Assembly (NCBI GenBank): GCA_001781915.1
Contig: MFMU01000003.1
Coordinates: 1,188 to 57,968 of the forward strand
DNA: 56,781 nt
Source of the DNA: Candidatus Kaiserbacteria bacterium RIFOXYD1_FULL_47_14
GTDB lineage: Bacteria > Patescibacteriota > Minisyncoccia > Phycocordibacterales > Phycocordibacteraceae
Direction: 5' to 3'
The notes under the pieces: generated by a model
The model's input: the letters and a program-made list of their open reading frames with translations, nothing else
What the model was told of the DNA's origin: nothing
Databases searched by the model: none
Program-made: the position numbers and the translations under genes
Shown here: positions 1-7,756 of the stretch, piece after piece
Layout of the letters: every line of letters begins with the position of its first letter
Numbering within the stretch: the stretch's first letter is position 1

Positions 1-103
1 CATCCTTTTTAATTAACCTATTTGCAAATACGCCACGACCATACTTAGATGTTTTCCTGACTTCGAGGCGTGGATCTATCCATGAAAAACCGCGTTTATT
101 CAT
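1..103 (-). CDS. SET-domain protein, 5' part only (runs off the window edge)
   Basis: Hand translation from ATG at 103 gives MNKRGFSWIDPRLEVRKTSKYGRGVFANRLIKKD, matching the N-terminal SET motif (LEVR..S..GRGVFA.R.I.K). Confidence 0.7.
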   Translation of the reverse strand, partial: MNKRGFSWIDPRLEVRKTSKYGRGVFANRLIKKD

Positions 104-174
104 ACATATATAATACTACAATAAGCATAGACATTTACCTGCATTCATACCGCTGATTTTACCACAAACCGGTA

Positions 175-843
175 TTAATAATCCTTTGGGCTAGTGAGGT
201 CGTTGAACGCGTCGTATGTTGGTTCAAATCCGTATACCTCTTTGAACAAATCATCAAACTTACCCTTTGTCATGTTTCCACTGGTTTCTTTAATTTTTTG
301 TAGAAGCTCAAGAATTTTCTCCTTGCCGAAGGCGTCGATGAGGACTTTTATTGCAAAAGCGGATTCATCATAAACTTCGGCGCCATCTTTATTGAAAAAC
401 TCAAGGAAGGAAGAAAAGGATTTTGGTTTCTCTTTAAACTGAATATCTCCAGAGACATAACCACTTAACCCTTCATTCAGCCATATGGGAGTACGCACGC
501 CATTTGTACTCGAGTTGAAGAATAGATGACAAAGTTCATGTGCGAGAAGTGCATTATATTCATCGATGGAATATTCCCTCGCAGATTCTGTCTTCATCTT
601 TTCCCTTGAAAGAAGAAATACTTTGCGGCGATCAGACCATCCAACTACCCACGGTTCAGTTTTTTCATTTCGCAGACAATCTATCGTTGTGCGATCTTCA
701 ACAACAAAAACAGAAGGAAGATTATGAATCCAACCGATATTAAAGAAGTTATTGAGTCGCTCCATTGCCGCTTTATATGATTCTTCCAACTCACCTTCAA
801 TTAGCTTGAGAGTTAAGTTAAATAGGTAGGACATAAAATACAT
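175..843 (-). CDS. Zinc metallopeptidase, clan MA-like
   Basis: AHELCH (HExxH) followed by PIWLNEGLS.Y, the downstream Glu ligand motif. Confidence 0.8.
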   Translation of the reverse strand: MYFMSYLFNLTLKLIEGELEESYKAAMERLNNFFNIGWIHNLPSVFVVEDRTTIDCLRNEKTEPWVVGWSDRRKVFLLSREKMKTESAREYSIDEYNALLAHELCHLFFNSSTNGVRTPIWLNEGLSGYVSGDIQFKEKPKSFSSFLEFFNKDGAEVYDESAFAIKVLIDAFGKEKILELLQKIKETSGNMTKGKFDDLFKEVYGFEPTYDAFNDLTSPKDY

Positions 844-865
844 AAGACATTATATCAAGATTTAT

Positions 866-903
866 AAAAAAAGCCCGATGATTAAGATAATAATCACCGG
901 GCT
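866..903 (-). terminator. Intrinsic terminator after precursor peptide 1
   Basis: Hairpin agcccg-atgatta...taatca-ccgggct followed by a U-tract on the minus strand. Confidence 0.6.
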
Positions 904-919
904 CGCACAACAGTCATCT

Positions 920-1084
920 TTAGGTGCTATGACAATGACAGTTGCAACTCGTACCGTCGCAGTTTTGGCACGATTCGCAGTCGCATTGGTCACTCACCAT
1001 GTTTCTATCCTGGTCATGGTAGTGTAGCGACAGGAAACCGTTGCCGGAACCTGACTTCTTTACAGGTGCTTTGTTAGGATCCAA
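920..1084 (-). CDS. Cys-rich RiPP precursor candidate 1 (54 aa, TTG start)
   Basis: Strong SD AAGGAGGTG 6 nt before TTG. Product MDPNKAPVKKSGSGNGFLSLHYHDQDRNMVSDQCDCESCQNCDGTSCNCHCHST has 7 Cys in its C-terminal 21 aa. Overlaps the rSAM stop codon. Confidence 0.8.
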   Translation of the reverse strand: MDPNKAPVKKSGSGNGFLSLHYHDQDRNMVSDQCDCESCQNCDGTSCNCHCHST

Positions 1085-2429
1085 TTTCTTCACCTCCTTC
1101 CTCCTGTGTGATGGCACCGCCCCTCTTGATTAGAGCCGTGCAGAATCCTTCAACATCCTCAATACCACTCCAATCTATCCTTGGATCATGTGGAACATAT
1201 GTGCATTCCTGATGGAATTGCTCAAGAACACTCAGTCCGGCATGATCAAGGAAGAAACTACCGATACGACCGTTGGTTTCAAGAACAGTGACCGATGCCC
1301 CAAAAGATTCTTTCCGTATCCGATATTTCCTCAACCTGAAGCGATTTCCGTTTCTTTCCTCGCTCAATGGTTTTGTTTGGCTCACTTTCATTTTATGAAT
1401 TCTCATTGCTGCCTCAACACCACCTGCCGTCATGTAAGGATCGGCAGCAGAAAGATCGCCATCGGAATGCATTTTTGATTCCATTCGACAGCCGCCACCG
1501 CACATACTTACCATTTTACAGCTACTGCAAAACTGCGGTACATAGGCGGTGCGTCTCCAATCATCCATGCGTTGCCACACATCGATGATGCTCTCAACTA
1601 AGAGATTTCCATACTGGATATCAAGATGAGAACATGGGCGAACATCTCCGCCACTAGATATTGTACAGGTTGTTACCCCAGCTGGACACCGACGAGATTC
1701 CAGGTCTGAAGCGCCGTCTACGCTCGCCAATGTGCACAATGGATACGGTTCCAGATGCCCACACTTTAGACCAGTTTCTTTGCTCACTGCAACCAATTCA
1801 GTCATGTACTGAATGAACTGCTTTTTAGTGAGAGACATATCAGAAAAGTCAGAGCAATTACCGGGACACCCTACCTTCGTCGCATTGAAGCTTTTCATTC
1901 CGAGAGAAACAACGAGCATAGCAGTGTCCTTGATAACATTCAGATTCATCTGCGATACGACCATGTTTGCGGAAACTCGAATTCCCGCATCTTGCGCAAT
2001 CCCAATACCTGCGAGTGTTCTTTTGAATGCCCCTTTTCGCTGAGCGATAGCATCGTGAACCTCAGCGTTTGGGCCCATCACAGATGTCAGCACACTGTTG
2101 ATGCCGAGATTCTTCAAGGTCATTGCCTTCTGCTTGGTGAGTGTTACAAGATTTGAATTGAGATACGGTTTTATCCCCGACTCATTCGCAAGCTCCAGAC
2201 ACGCAACAAGCACATTGAAGTTTAATAACGGTTCACCACCAGTGAATGTTATTTCGTGAACACCCGCATCTGCAATCATGTGCATGATTTTCCGTCCGTT
2301 TGCCAATGTGAGTGGCACTTCTGTTTTTGATGAAGCGCGCCAGTAGTTGTAACAATGCAGACATTTGTTATTGCATGCAGTTGTCACCTCAAGCTGGCAA
2401 TTAAGCGGTCCTGATAGCGTTCTGTACAT
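1074..2429 (-). CDS. Radical SAM/SPASM peptide maturase 1 with C-terminal RRE-like domain
   Basis: CNNKCLHC (CxxxCxxC), TGGEPLL, SPASM CPAG..GDVRPCSH..CSSCKMVSMCGGGC, C-terminal YRIRKESFGA segment. Confidence 0.9.
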   Translation of the reverse strand: MYRTLSGPLNCQLEVTTACNNKCLHCYNYWRASSKTEVPLTLANGRKIMHMIADAGVHEITFTGGEPLLNFNVLVACLELANESGIKPYLNSNLVTLTKQKAMTLKNLGINSVLTSVMGPNAEVHDAIAQRKGAFKRTLAGIGIAQDAGIRVSANMVVSQMNLNVIKDTAMLVVSLGMKSFNATKVGCPGNCSDFSDMSLTKKQFIQYMTELVAVSKETGLKCGHLEPYPLCTLASVDGASDLESRRCPAGVTTCTISSGGDVRPCSHLDIQYGNLLVESIIDVWQRMDDWRRTAYVPQFCSSCKMVSMCGGGCRMESKMHSDGDLSAADPYMTAGGVEAAMRIHKMKVSQTKPLSEERNGNRFRLRKYRIRKESFGASVTVLETNGRIGSFFLDHAGLSVLEQFHQECTYVPHDPRIDWSGIEDVEGFCTALIKRGGAITQEEGGEEIGS

Positions 2430-2439
2430 TTCACACCAT

Positions 2440-2704
2440 CCTTTCTATTAGACATTAAAAGATCAAGATATTCGACTCCGAATACCGCCCGTGTGCACTA
2501 TGGCACATCGATGCGAAAAACGCAAATATTTATATCAAAATATATTTCTTTGTTTTGCGTGGATAGGAGTCAAAAAAATAGAAATTATAAAAAGCGCCAC
2601 CCTTTCGAGTAGCGCTTTATTTCATCAACCAAACCGCCCATTTGTATCCTTGAAACCCAGCCCAGTAAATCCCTAGCCAAACTACTATGCTTATTAGGAC
2701 GGAC
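2440..2704. repeat. Diverged direct repeat of about 7557-7845 (rSAM upstream region, terminator and 3' end of the membrane gene)
   Basis: Shared blocks gacattaaaagatcaagatattcgact and aaaaaatagaaattataaaaagcgccaccctttcgagtagcgctttatttcatca. Confidence 0.9.
2617..2704 (-). pseudogene. 3' remnant of a paralog of the 7757-8284 membrane protein, cut by IS3
   Basis: Translates to SVLISIVVWLGIYWAGFQGYKWAVWLMK* versus SVLISMVVWLGIYWAGFQGYKWAVWMMK* in the intact copy; ends at the IS3 left end. Confidence 0.85.
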
Positions 2705-2763
2705 ATGGACCCCAAAATTTGCATACCAACCTTGTATGATTAACCGCGCTAACATACAAGCAT

Positions 2764-3018
2764 ATGAAAAAGCACCGTACCGCTCCCGATGTGAAGGAGC
2801 AGATTATCAACCGCATTAAAAACGATGGCATTTCTGTTGTTGATGCAGCCAAGGACCATGGCATCTCCGAGAACACCATCTATGGCTGGATTGCCAAGAA
2901 GACCGATGGACAGCCGACTCTCTCAGAGATCATCAAACTGAAGCGAGAGAACGCACAGTTGTTTCAGTTGGTCGGCGAGATGACGCTCAAGCTGTCTGAC
3001 ACCCAAAAAAAGAAGTGA
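2764..3018 (+). CDS. IS3 transposase OrfA (HTH)
   Basis: HTH-like AAKDHGISENTIYGW followed by a coiled coil; ends at an A AAA AAG slippery site. Confidence 0.85.
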   Translation: MKKHRTAPDVKEQIINRIKNDGISVVDAAKDHGISENTIYGWIAKKTDGQPTLSEIIKLKRENAQLFQLVGEMTLKLSDTQKKK

Positions 3019-3839
3019 GAGAAGAAACGGCTGTCACCAAAACACTCCTCACCCAAAAGCTCGGTATCTCGCTCCGTTCACTCTGGTACAAACCGAAGAA
3101 GCCAGACAGGGACTGGAAACTCAAATGTCGCATCGAGGAGGTGTTGCGAGAACATCCGTCATACGGATCTCGGAGAATCGCTCTGCATCTGAAAATGAAT
3201 CGGAAGCCGATCAAGCGAGTGATGAACCTGTTCGGCATCAAGGCGTATCGGAGACGAGGCCAGAAGTGGAAGAAAACCAAGAATATCAAGGTGATTTATC
3301 CGAATCTGCTCATGACGGAATGTCCACTGTATGAGAATCACATCTGGGTATCCGACTTCACCCGCCTGCCGTTTCAGGGCAAGGTGGTGTATGTCGCAAC
3401 GGTTGAGGATTTGTTCACTAGAAAGATTGTCGGTCTCTCGGTGTATACCAACCATGCGGTTGGTCTGGTGTTGTCGGCATTCATGAATGCCATTCATGAC
3501 CATGCTCGACCAGTCATCTTCCATTCTGACAACGGCAGTGAATACAATGCCAAGGTATTCATTGAAGCACTCGAGACCGTTGGCGTTATGATCTCTCGCT
3601 CAGCTCCAGGATGCCCGTGGGAGAATGGGTATCAAGAGAGCTTCTATGACAAATTCAAAGTGGATCTTGGTGATCCTGCTAGATTCAAAACGCTCGGCGA
3701 ACTCGTGCTCGCCATCTATCAGACAATCTGGCAGTACAACCACACTAGAATCCACTCGGCATTGAAAATACCGCCTGTGCAATTTGCGCTTCAGGCGGCA
3801 CAGATATATCATTTAGCTAACAAGGAAGGCGTGCAATGA
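3015..3839 (+). CDS. IS3 transposase OrfB (DDE core), -1 frame relative to OrfA
   Basis: YGSRRI, WVSDFT, HSDNGSEY and NGYQESF motifs. Confidence 0.9.
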   Translation: MREETAVTKTLLTQKLGISLRSLWYKPKKPDRDWKLKCRIEEVLREHPSYGSRRIALHLKMNRKPIKRVMNLFGIKAYRRRGQKWKKTKNIKVIYPNLLMTECPLYENHIWVSDFTRLPFQGKVVYVATVEDLFTRKIVGLSVYTNHAVGLVLSAFMNAIHDHARPVIFHSDNGSEYNAKVFIEALETVGVMISRSAPGCPWENGYQESFYDKFKVDLGDPARFKTLGELVLAIYQTIWQYNHTRIHSALKIPPVQFALQAAQIYHLANKEGVQ

Positions 3840-3849
3840 AATGGGTCCA

Positions 3850-4878
3850 CGCGCATTCCGTACTCAGTTAGGACACTCGTTAATATGCGATCATGCACAT
3901 CAAAGGAGATCTGACGCGCGCCGAGCGTCTTGAAATCGGCATTTTGTTGTTGGAGAAGGGGTATTCGGGGCGTTCAGTCGCTCGCGCTCTCAATCGCAGC
4001 CCGAACACCATCTCATATGAGATACGGAAGAACAGTACGCTCGGTGCGTATGATCCGCTGAAAGCAGACGCTAAAGCGCGGGTGCGCAAGCACTATCGAA
4101 AATTAGAGTGGTCCAAAATTGAAGCTGATCCAGATCTGAAAAAGTTTGTGGTCAGAAAGCTCAAGAAACACTGGAATCCTGACGAGATAGCCGGATACCT
4201 GAAGCGCACGAAGGCACCGGCGTATGTATCTAAAACTGCCATATACATCTGGTTGTGCACTTCACGCGTGGAAAGATACTGCGAACTCTTGTATTCAAAA
4301 CGAAAACGAGTGAAGAAACAAAAACCAAAAATTAAGAAGACCTTAATCCCAAACCGCATTGGTATTGCAGAGCGTTTCGCAGGTGCCGACAACCGTACGA
4401 GAGGCGGACACTGGGAACGAGATACCATCACCGGGCGCAGAGGAACGACTTGCGGACTTGCCACGGCACAAGAAAGAAAGAGCCGCCTTGTTGTGGCATG
4501 CAAGGTGGAGAGTATGCGATCGATCGAACATCTGGCGGCAGACCGAACGATGTTCGAGGATATGAAAACGCTCTCGGTATCGCGTGACAATGGTATTGAG
4601 AATCGAGAACACGAAGCGCTTGGTATTCCGTCTTTCTTCTGCGATCCATACTCGTCCTGGCAGAAAGGCGGCATCGAAAATGCGAACAAGATGTTGCGTC
4701 GGTACTTCCCGAAAGGCACTGACTTCAGCGAAGTGTCGCAAGGCGAAGTTGATCGGGCTGTTCGCTTGATTAACGAAAAGCCGAGGAGAATCCTCGGCTA
4801 TCGTTCCTCGCTTGCAGAAGCAATGCGATTGGATATTATTAAAAAATCGAGTGTCCTAATTCTGGGGTGAATTTAGCA
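3850..4878 (+). mobile_element. IS30-family insertion sequence (ends approximate)
   Basis: IR core TTAGGACACTCG at about 3868-3879 and its reverse complement at about 4848-4859; single transposase ORF. Confidence 0.75.
3893..4870 (+). CDS. IS30 family transposase
   Basis: HTH ARALNRSPNTISYEI; GHWERDTI, DNGIE, FCDPYSSWQKGGIENAN, LRRYFPKGTDF, NEKPRRILGY. Confidence 0.93.
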   Translation: MHIKGDLTRAERLEIGILLLEKGYSGRSVARALNRSPNTISYEIRKNSTLGAYDPLKADAKARVRKHYRKLEWSKIEADPDLKKFVVRKLKKHWNPDEIAGYLKRTKAPAYVSKTAIYIWLCTSRVERYCELLYSKRKRVKKQKPKIKKTLIPNRIGIAERFAGADNRTRGGHWERDTITGRRGTTCGLATAQERKSRLVVACKVESMRSIEHLAADRTMFEDMKTLSVSRDNGIENREHEALGIPSFFCDPYSSWQKGGIENANKMLRRYFPKGTDFSEVSQGEVDRAVRLINEKPRRILGYRSSLAEAMRLDIIKKSSVLILG

Positions 4879-4944
4879 TTCTTCCGAAGAAGATATCGTA
4901 CTGTATGTGCATGGAAATGCAAGGCGTTGTTGAGTTAACAATAT

Positions 4945-5058
4945 TCAAGAGTGATTACTTCGCCACTCCCTCAATGGCTTTTGGATAATAAATTCATCGG
5001 AAAAAAGGTCAACATTATGAATCGGGCTTGGTTTTACAGAAGCTAAAACTGTGAGCAT
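4945..5058 (-). pseudogene. Probable decayed SET-domain gene start
   Basis: MLTVLASVKPSPIHNVDLFSDEFI resembles bacterial SET N-termini (..K.SPIHG.GLFADEFIPKG); the frame then degenerates and stops at codon 38. Confidence 0.5.
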
Positions 5059-5135
5059 AGATAGTTCCCTACTCTCATACCGCTGATTTTATCACAGAAA
5101 CTGGTGATTGTGTTATAGTAAGAGACACGGAAGTT

Positions 5136-6020
5136 ATGTATATACCTGATATAAATCTAAAAATTGACTTGGACAAAGAGAGCGATATGTTCGTGAAATT
5201 TCTACACCACGAGAAATTTACGCAGAATAGAGATTCTATTTTACATTGCTATCCCGACTTAAGAATATTGCTAGAAACAGACAATACTGACGAGAGTAAA
5301 ACTATTCGCGCATTTCTTGAAAAAAAATACTCTGAATATAATACCGTTATAAAATCAATAATATCCGATTCCGAAGAAAAGATAGACAAATATGGGAAAA
5401 TTATTTTGGAACAATTATCTTCACTAATGGATTATACTTGGCCGAAGGAACATTCTGGATATTTAGTTATACCTACTATTCTTCCATTTTCCCCGTTTAA
5501 TGAAAACACTCTATATTTTTCAATGGCGAGAAAAATCAAAATGAGCGACAAAAAAGAAGATTTGAATCATGGATTCTTGCCTGTTCTTGCTCACGAAATT
5601 TCCCATTTTATGTTAAGGGATATTTTGGAGCAGGACGGAAAAATAAAATACAGTGATTATGGGTGGACTACTAAACATTTTTTACAGGAAATCCTAGCCC
5701 CTATTCTGATGAACCAAAAGCCACTCAAGAAGATTCTTGACATTGAAGATTATCTAGGGAATCCATATCTAAAACACTTGAATGTTGAAAAGGATTCTGT
5801 TTCAGAAAATATCGTCAATCATTATAATAGGATGTATGCATCCATGAAGTATGACGGCAAAAGATCGTTTGCAGAAATCATAAAAATAATAGCAGGTGAA
5901 TTAGAGAGTGTCAGCACCACGCTAGATGAGAAATTTAAGATGTGGAATACCTATGGGCACAATATTTCCTCAAATGACCTTCTTCTTCAAAAATACAAAA
6001 CTCCTATTCCTATAAAGTAA
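5136..6020 (+). CDS. Putative zinc metallopeptidase (HExxH)
   Basis: VLAHEISHF followed by a downstream HFLQEILAP Glu; convergent with precursor 2. Confidence 0.55.
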   Translation: MYIPDINLKIDLDKESDMFVKFLHHEKFTQNRDSILHCYPDLRILLETDNTDESKTIRAFLEKKYSEYNTVIKSIISDSEEKIDKYGKIILEQLSSLMDYTWPKEHSGYLVIPTILPFSPFNENTLYFSMARKIKMSDKKEDLNHGFLPVLAHEISHFMLRDILEQDGKIKYSDYGWTTKHFLQEILAPILMNQKPLKKILDIEDYLGNPYLKHLNVEKDSVSENIVNHYNRMYASMKYDGKRSFAEIIKIIAGELESVSTTLDEKFKMWNTYGHNISSNDLLLQKYKTPIPIK

Positions 6021-6045
6021 AAGCGCCACGATGAATTGTGGCGCT
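6019..6045. terminator. Hairpin terminator between convergent genes
   Basis: agcgccac-gatgaatt-gtggcgct stem-loop with an A-run on its left side. Confidence 0.65.
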
Positions 6046-6063
6046 CGGCGACGGATATGGTAG

Positions 6064-6201
6064 TCAATTGTTATCGCATTCTTCGCAATTGACATTGCAG
6101 TCATGACAACTGTTATCGCATTCTGATGCAGCGACAAAAGTCCCTGTCTGACTCGCTTCCGCCTGTACGAAGGAAACAAAACCATCATTCGATTTTTGCA
6201 T
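6064..6201 (-). CDS. Cys-rich RiPP precursor candidate 2 (45 aa; not in the ORF track)
   Basis: SD AGAAAGGGGGTG, then ATG at 6201. Product MQKSNDGFVSFVQAEASQTGTFVAASECDNSCHDCNVNCEECDNN* has 5 Cys and lies just downstream of rSAM 2. Confidence 0.8.
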   Translation of the reverse strand: MQKSNDGFVSFVQAEASQTGTFVAASECDNSCHDCNVNCEECDNN

Positions 6202-6244
6202 AATATCACCCCCTTTCTAGAGAAGAAGTTTAGCATGCAGTTCG

Positions 6245-7546
6245 CTATTTCGCAATAGCGATTCCTCGTCGAACAATACCATCGACAAAACTGTCTGAGT
6301 CAATGGTGCCCCATTGAATCCGTTTGTCTCCTGGTGAATATCGAATTCCTACTTCGAGTTGCTTTAAGAGTTCGAAACCAGCATCGTTCAAGAATGCCCG
6401 AGATTTCCCTGCGAGGACTGTAATCCCGAAAGGTTCACGCCGGTAGCGATAAGATTTTATTTCAAAATCTTTTATCGGTTTTTTGCTAGGCATTTTTTCG
6501 CGGTGCTTTTGAAGCGAAGAGAAACTTCTTTCAGCATCTTCGGGCGAGCTGTAAGGATCCGCACTGGAAAGATCTCCATTGCGCATTTTCGCTTCCATAC
6601 GACAACCACCGCCACACACTTGTGAAAGTGTACAACTCTTACAGATTACTGGTAGAAAAGCTCCATTTCTCCAAGTTTCCATGCGAACCCAGATCTTTTT
6701 CAGGTCTTCCATGAACAAGTTCCCGTATGACTCATCGAGATGAGAACAGGGTCTGACTTCACCGTCACTGGCGATAGTCATCGTGGTCACACCGGCATAG
6801 CATCTCCTGCCAATAAACGAATAGTGATAATCCAGATCACCAATTCCACACAGCGGATATCCCTCAAGGGCATCAATTGCAAGATCGAATTCTTCACCGC
6901 TTTCTCGTAAATCTCGTAGATATTGCCGGAATTCACTTTTGGACAGAGAAAATTGTGAAAAATCGGAGCAATTTCCTGGACATCCAGCCTTAGTGGCTGA
7001 AAACATCTTTACGCCAATAGAGGATACAATTCTTGCTGTTTCCTTGATATTGGAAAGATTCATTTTCGAAACCACCATATTAACTGCGACGCGAATTCCT
7101 TCCTCCTGAGCTATCTGACTGTTTTCCACGACTTTCTTGAATGATCCTTTTGATTGAGCAATCTTGTCGTGTATCTCCGGCAAGGAACCCATTAATGAAG
7201 TCAGGATTTGTTTTACCCCTAGGGAACGCAGTTCACGAGCACGAGTTCTGGTTAATAGAACCAGATTTGAGTTCAGGGAGACACCCAAATTCGCATTTTG
7301 TGCCTCCTTGAGGCAATGGAGTAGAGCATCGTACTTTATCAATGGTTCGCCACCAGTGATTATGATGTCGAACACCTTTGCATCAGCCATCTTCTCTACA
7401 ATTTCGCTAACAGTGGATTTATTGAGGGAAGTGTTGACTCGCTTGAGATCCTTTCGCCAAAAATTGTAACAGTGAGAACAATTATGGTTACAGGAAGTCG
7501 TGAGTTCTACTTGATAGTTTATTGGCGCCGAAAGCGTTTGATACAT
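6245..7546 (-). CDS. Radical SAM/SPASM peptide maturase 2 with C-terminal RRE-like domain
   Basis: CNHNCSHC, TGGEPL, CYAG..DGEVRPCSH..CKSCTLSQVCGGGC, C-terminal YRYRREPFG; clear paralog of 1074-2429. Confidence 0.9.
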   Translation of the reverse strand: MYQTLSAPINYQVELTTSCNHNCSHCYNFWRKDLKRVNTSLNKSTVSEIVEKMADAKVFDIIITGGEPLIKYDALLHCLKEAQNANLGVSLNSNLVLLTRTRARELRSLGVKQILTSLMGSLPEIHDKIAQSKGSFKKVVENSQIAQEEGIRVAVNMVVSKMNLSNIKETARIVSSIGVKMFSATKAGCPGNCSDFSQFSLSKSEFRQYLRDLRESGEEFDLAIDALEGYPLCGIGDLDYHYSFIGRRCYAGVTTMTIASDGEVRPCSHLDESYGNLFMEDLKKIWVRMETWRNGAFLPVICKSCTLSQVCGGGCRMEAKMRNGDLSSADPYSSPEDAERSFSSLQKHREKMPSKKPIKDFEIKSYRYRREPFGITVLAGKSRAFLNDAGFELLKQLEVGIRYSPGDKRIQWGTIDSDSFVDGIVRRGIAIAK

Positions 7547-7756
7547 GATACACCTCCTTTCCTATTTGACATTAAAAGATCAAGATATTCGACTTTGAAT
7601 ACCTCCAAGTGGGATTATGGCACATCAATACAAAGAATACAAGTTCTAGCGCAGTACGCCCAACTTGTTTATATCGAAATATATTTCTTCGTTTTGCGCG
7701 GATAGGAATCCCAAAAAATAGAAATTATAAAAAGCGCCACCCTTTCGAGTAGCGCT

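Larger units (their letters stand above)
2706..3849 (+). mobile_element. IS3-family insertion sequence
   Basis: TG...CA ends with imperfect IRs TGGACCCCAAAATTTGCA and TGGACCCATTTCATTGCA (rc); orfA/orfB layout. Confidence 0.88.

Noticed and set aside
920..1084. Metallothionein interpretation of the Cys/His-rich peptide
   Set aside because: Not excluded, but disfavoured: Cys residues are confined to a C-terminal core, the gene is coupled to an rSAM/SPASM gene, and a second locus repeats the layout with a shared leader motif.
1085..1117. N-terminal extension MPSHRRKEVKK of the 65-aa ORF
   Set aside because: RKEV is the translated SD (AGGAAGGAGGTG); the TTG at 1084 is the better start.
3853..4881. 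gcattc as a target-site duplication of IS30
   Set aside because: Both copies overlap the likely IR ends and 6 bp is longer than usual for IS30, so it is probably coincidental.
5970..6236. 88-aa ORF from the ORF track as the gene downstream of rSAM 2
   Set aside because: It runs through a terminator and overlaps the convergent gene. The 45-aa frame at 6064-6201 has the SD and the precursor-like sequence.
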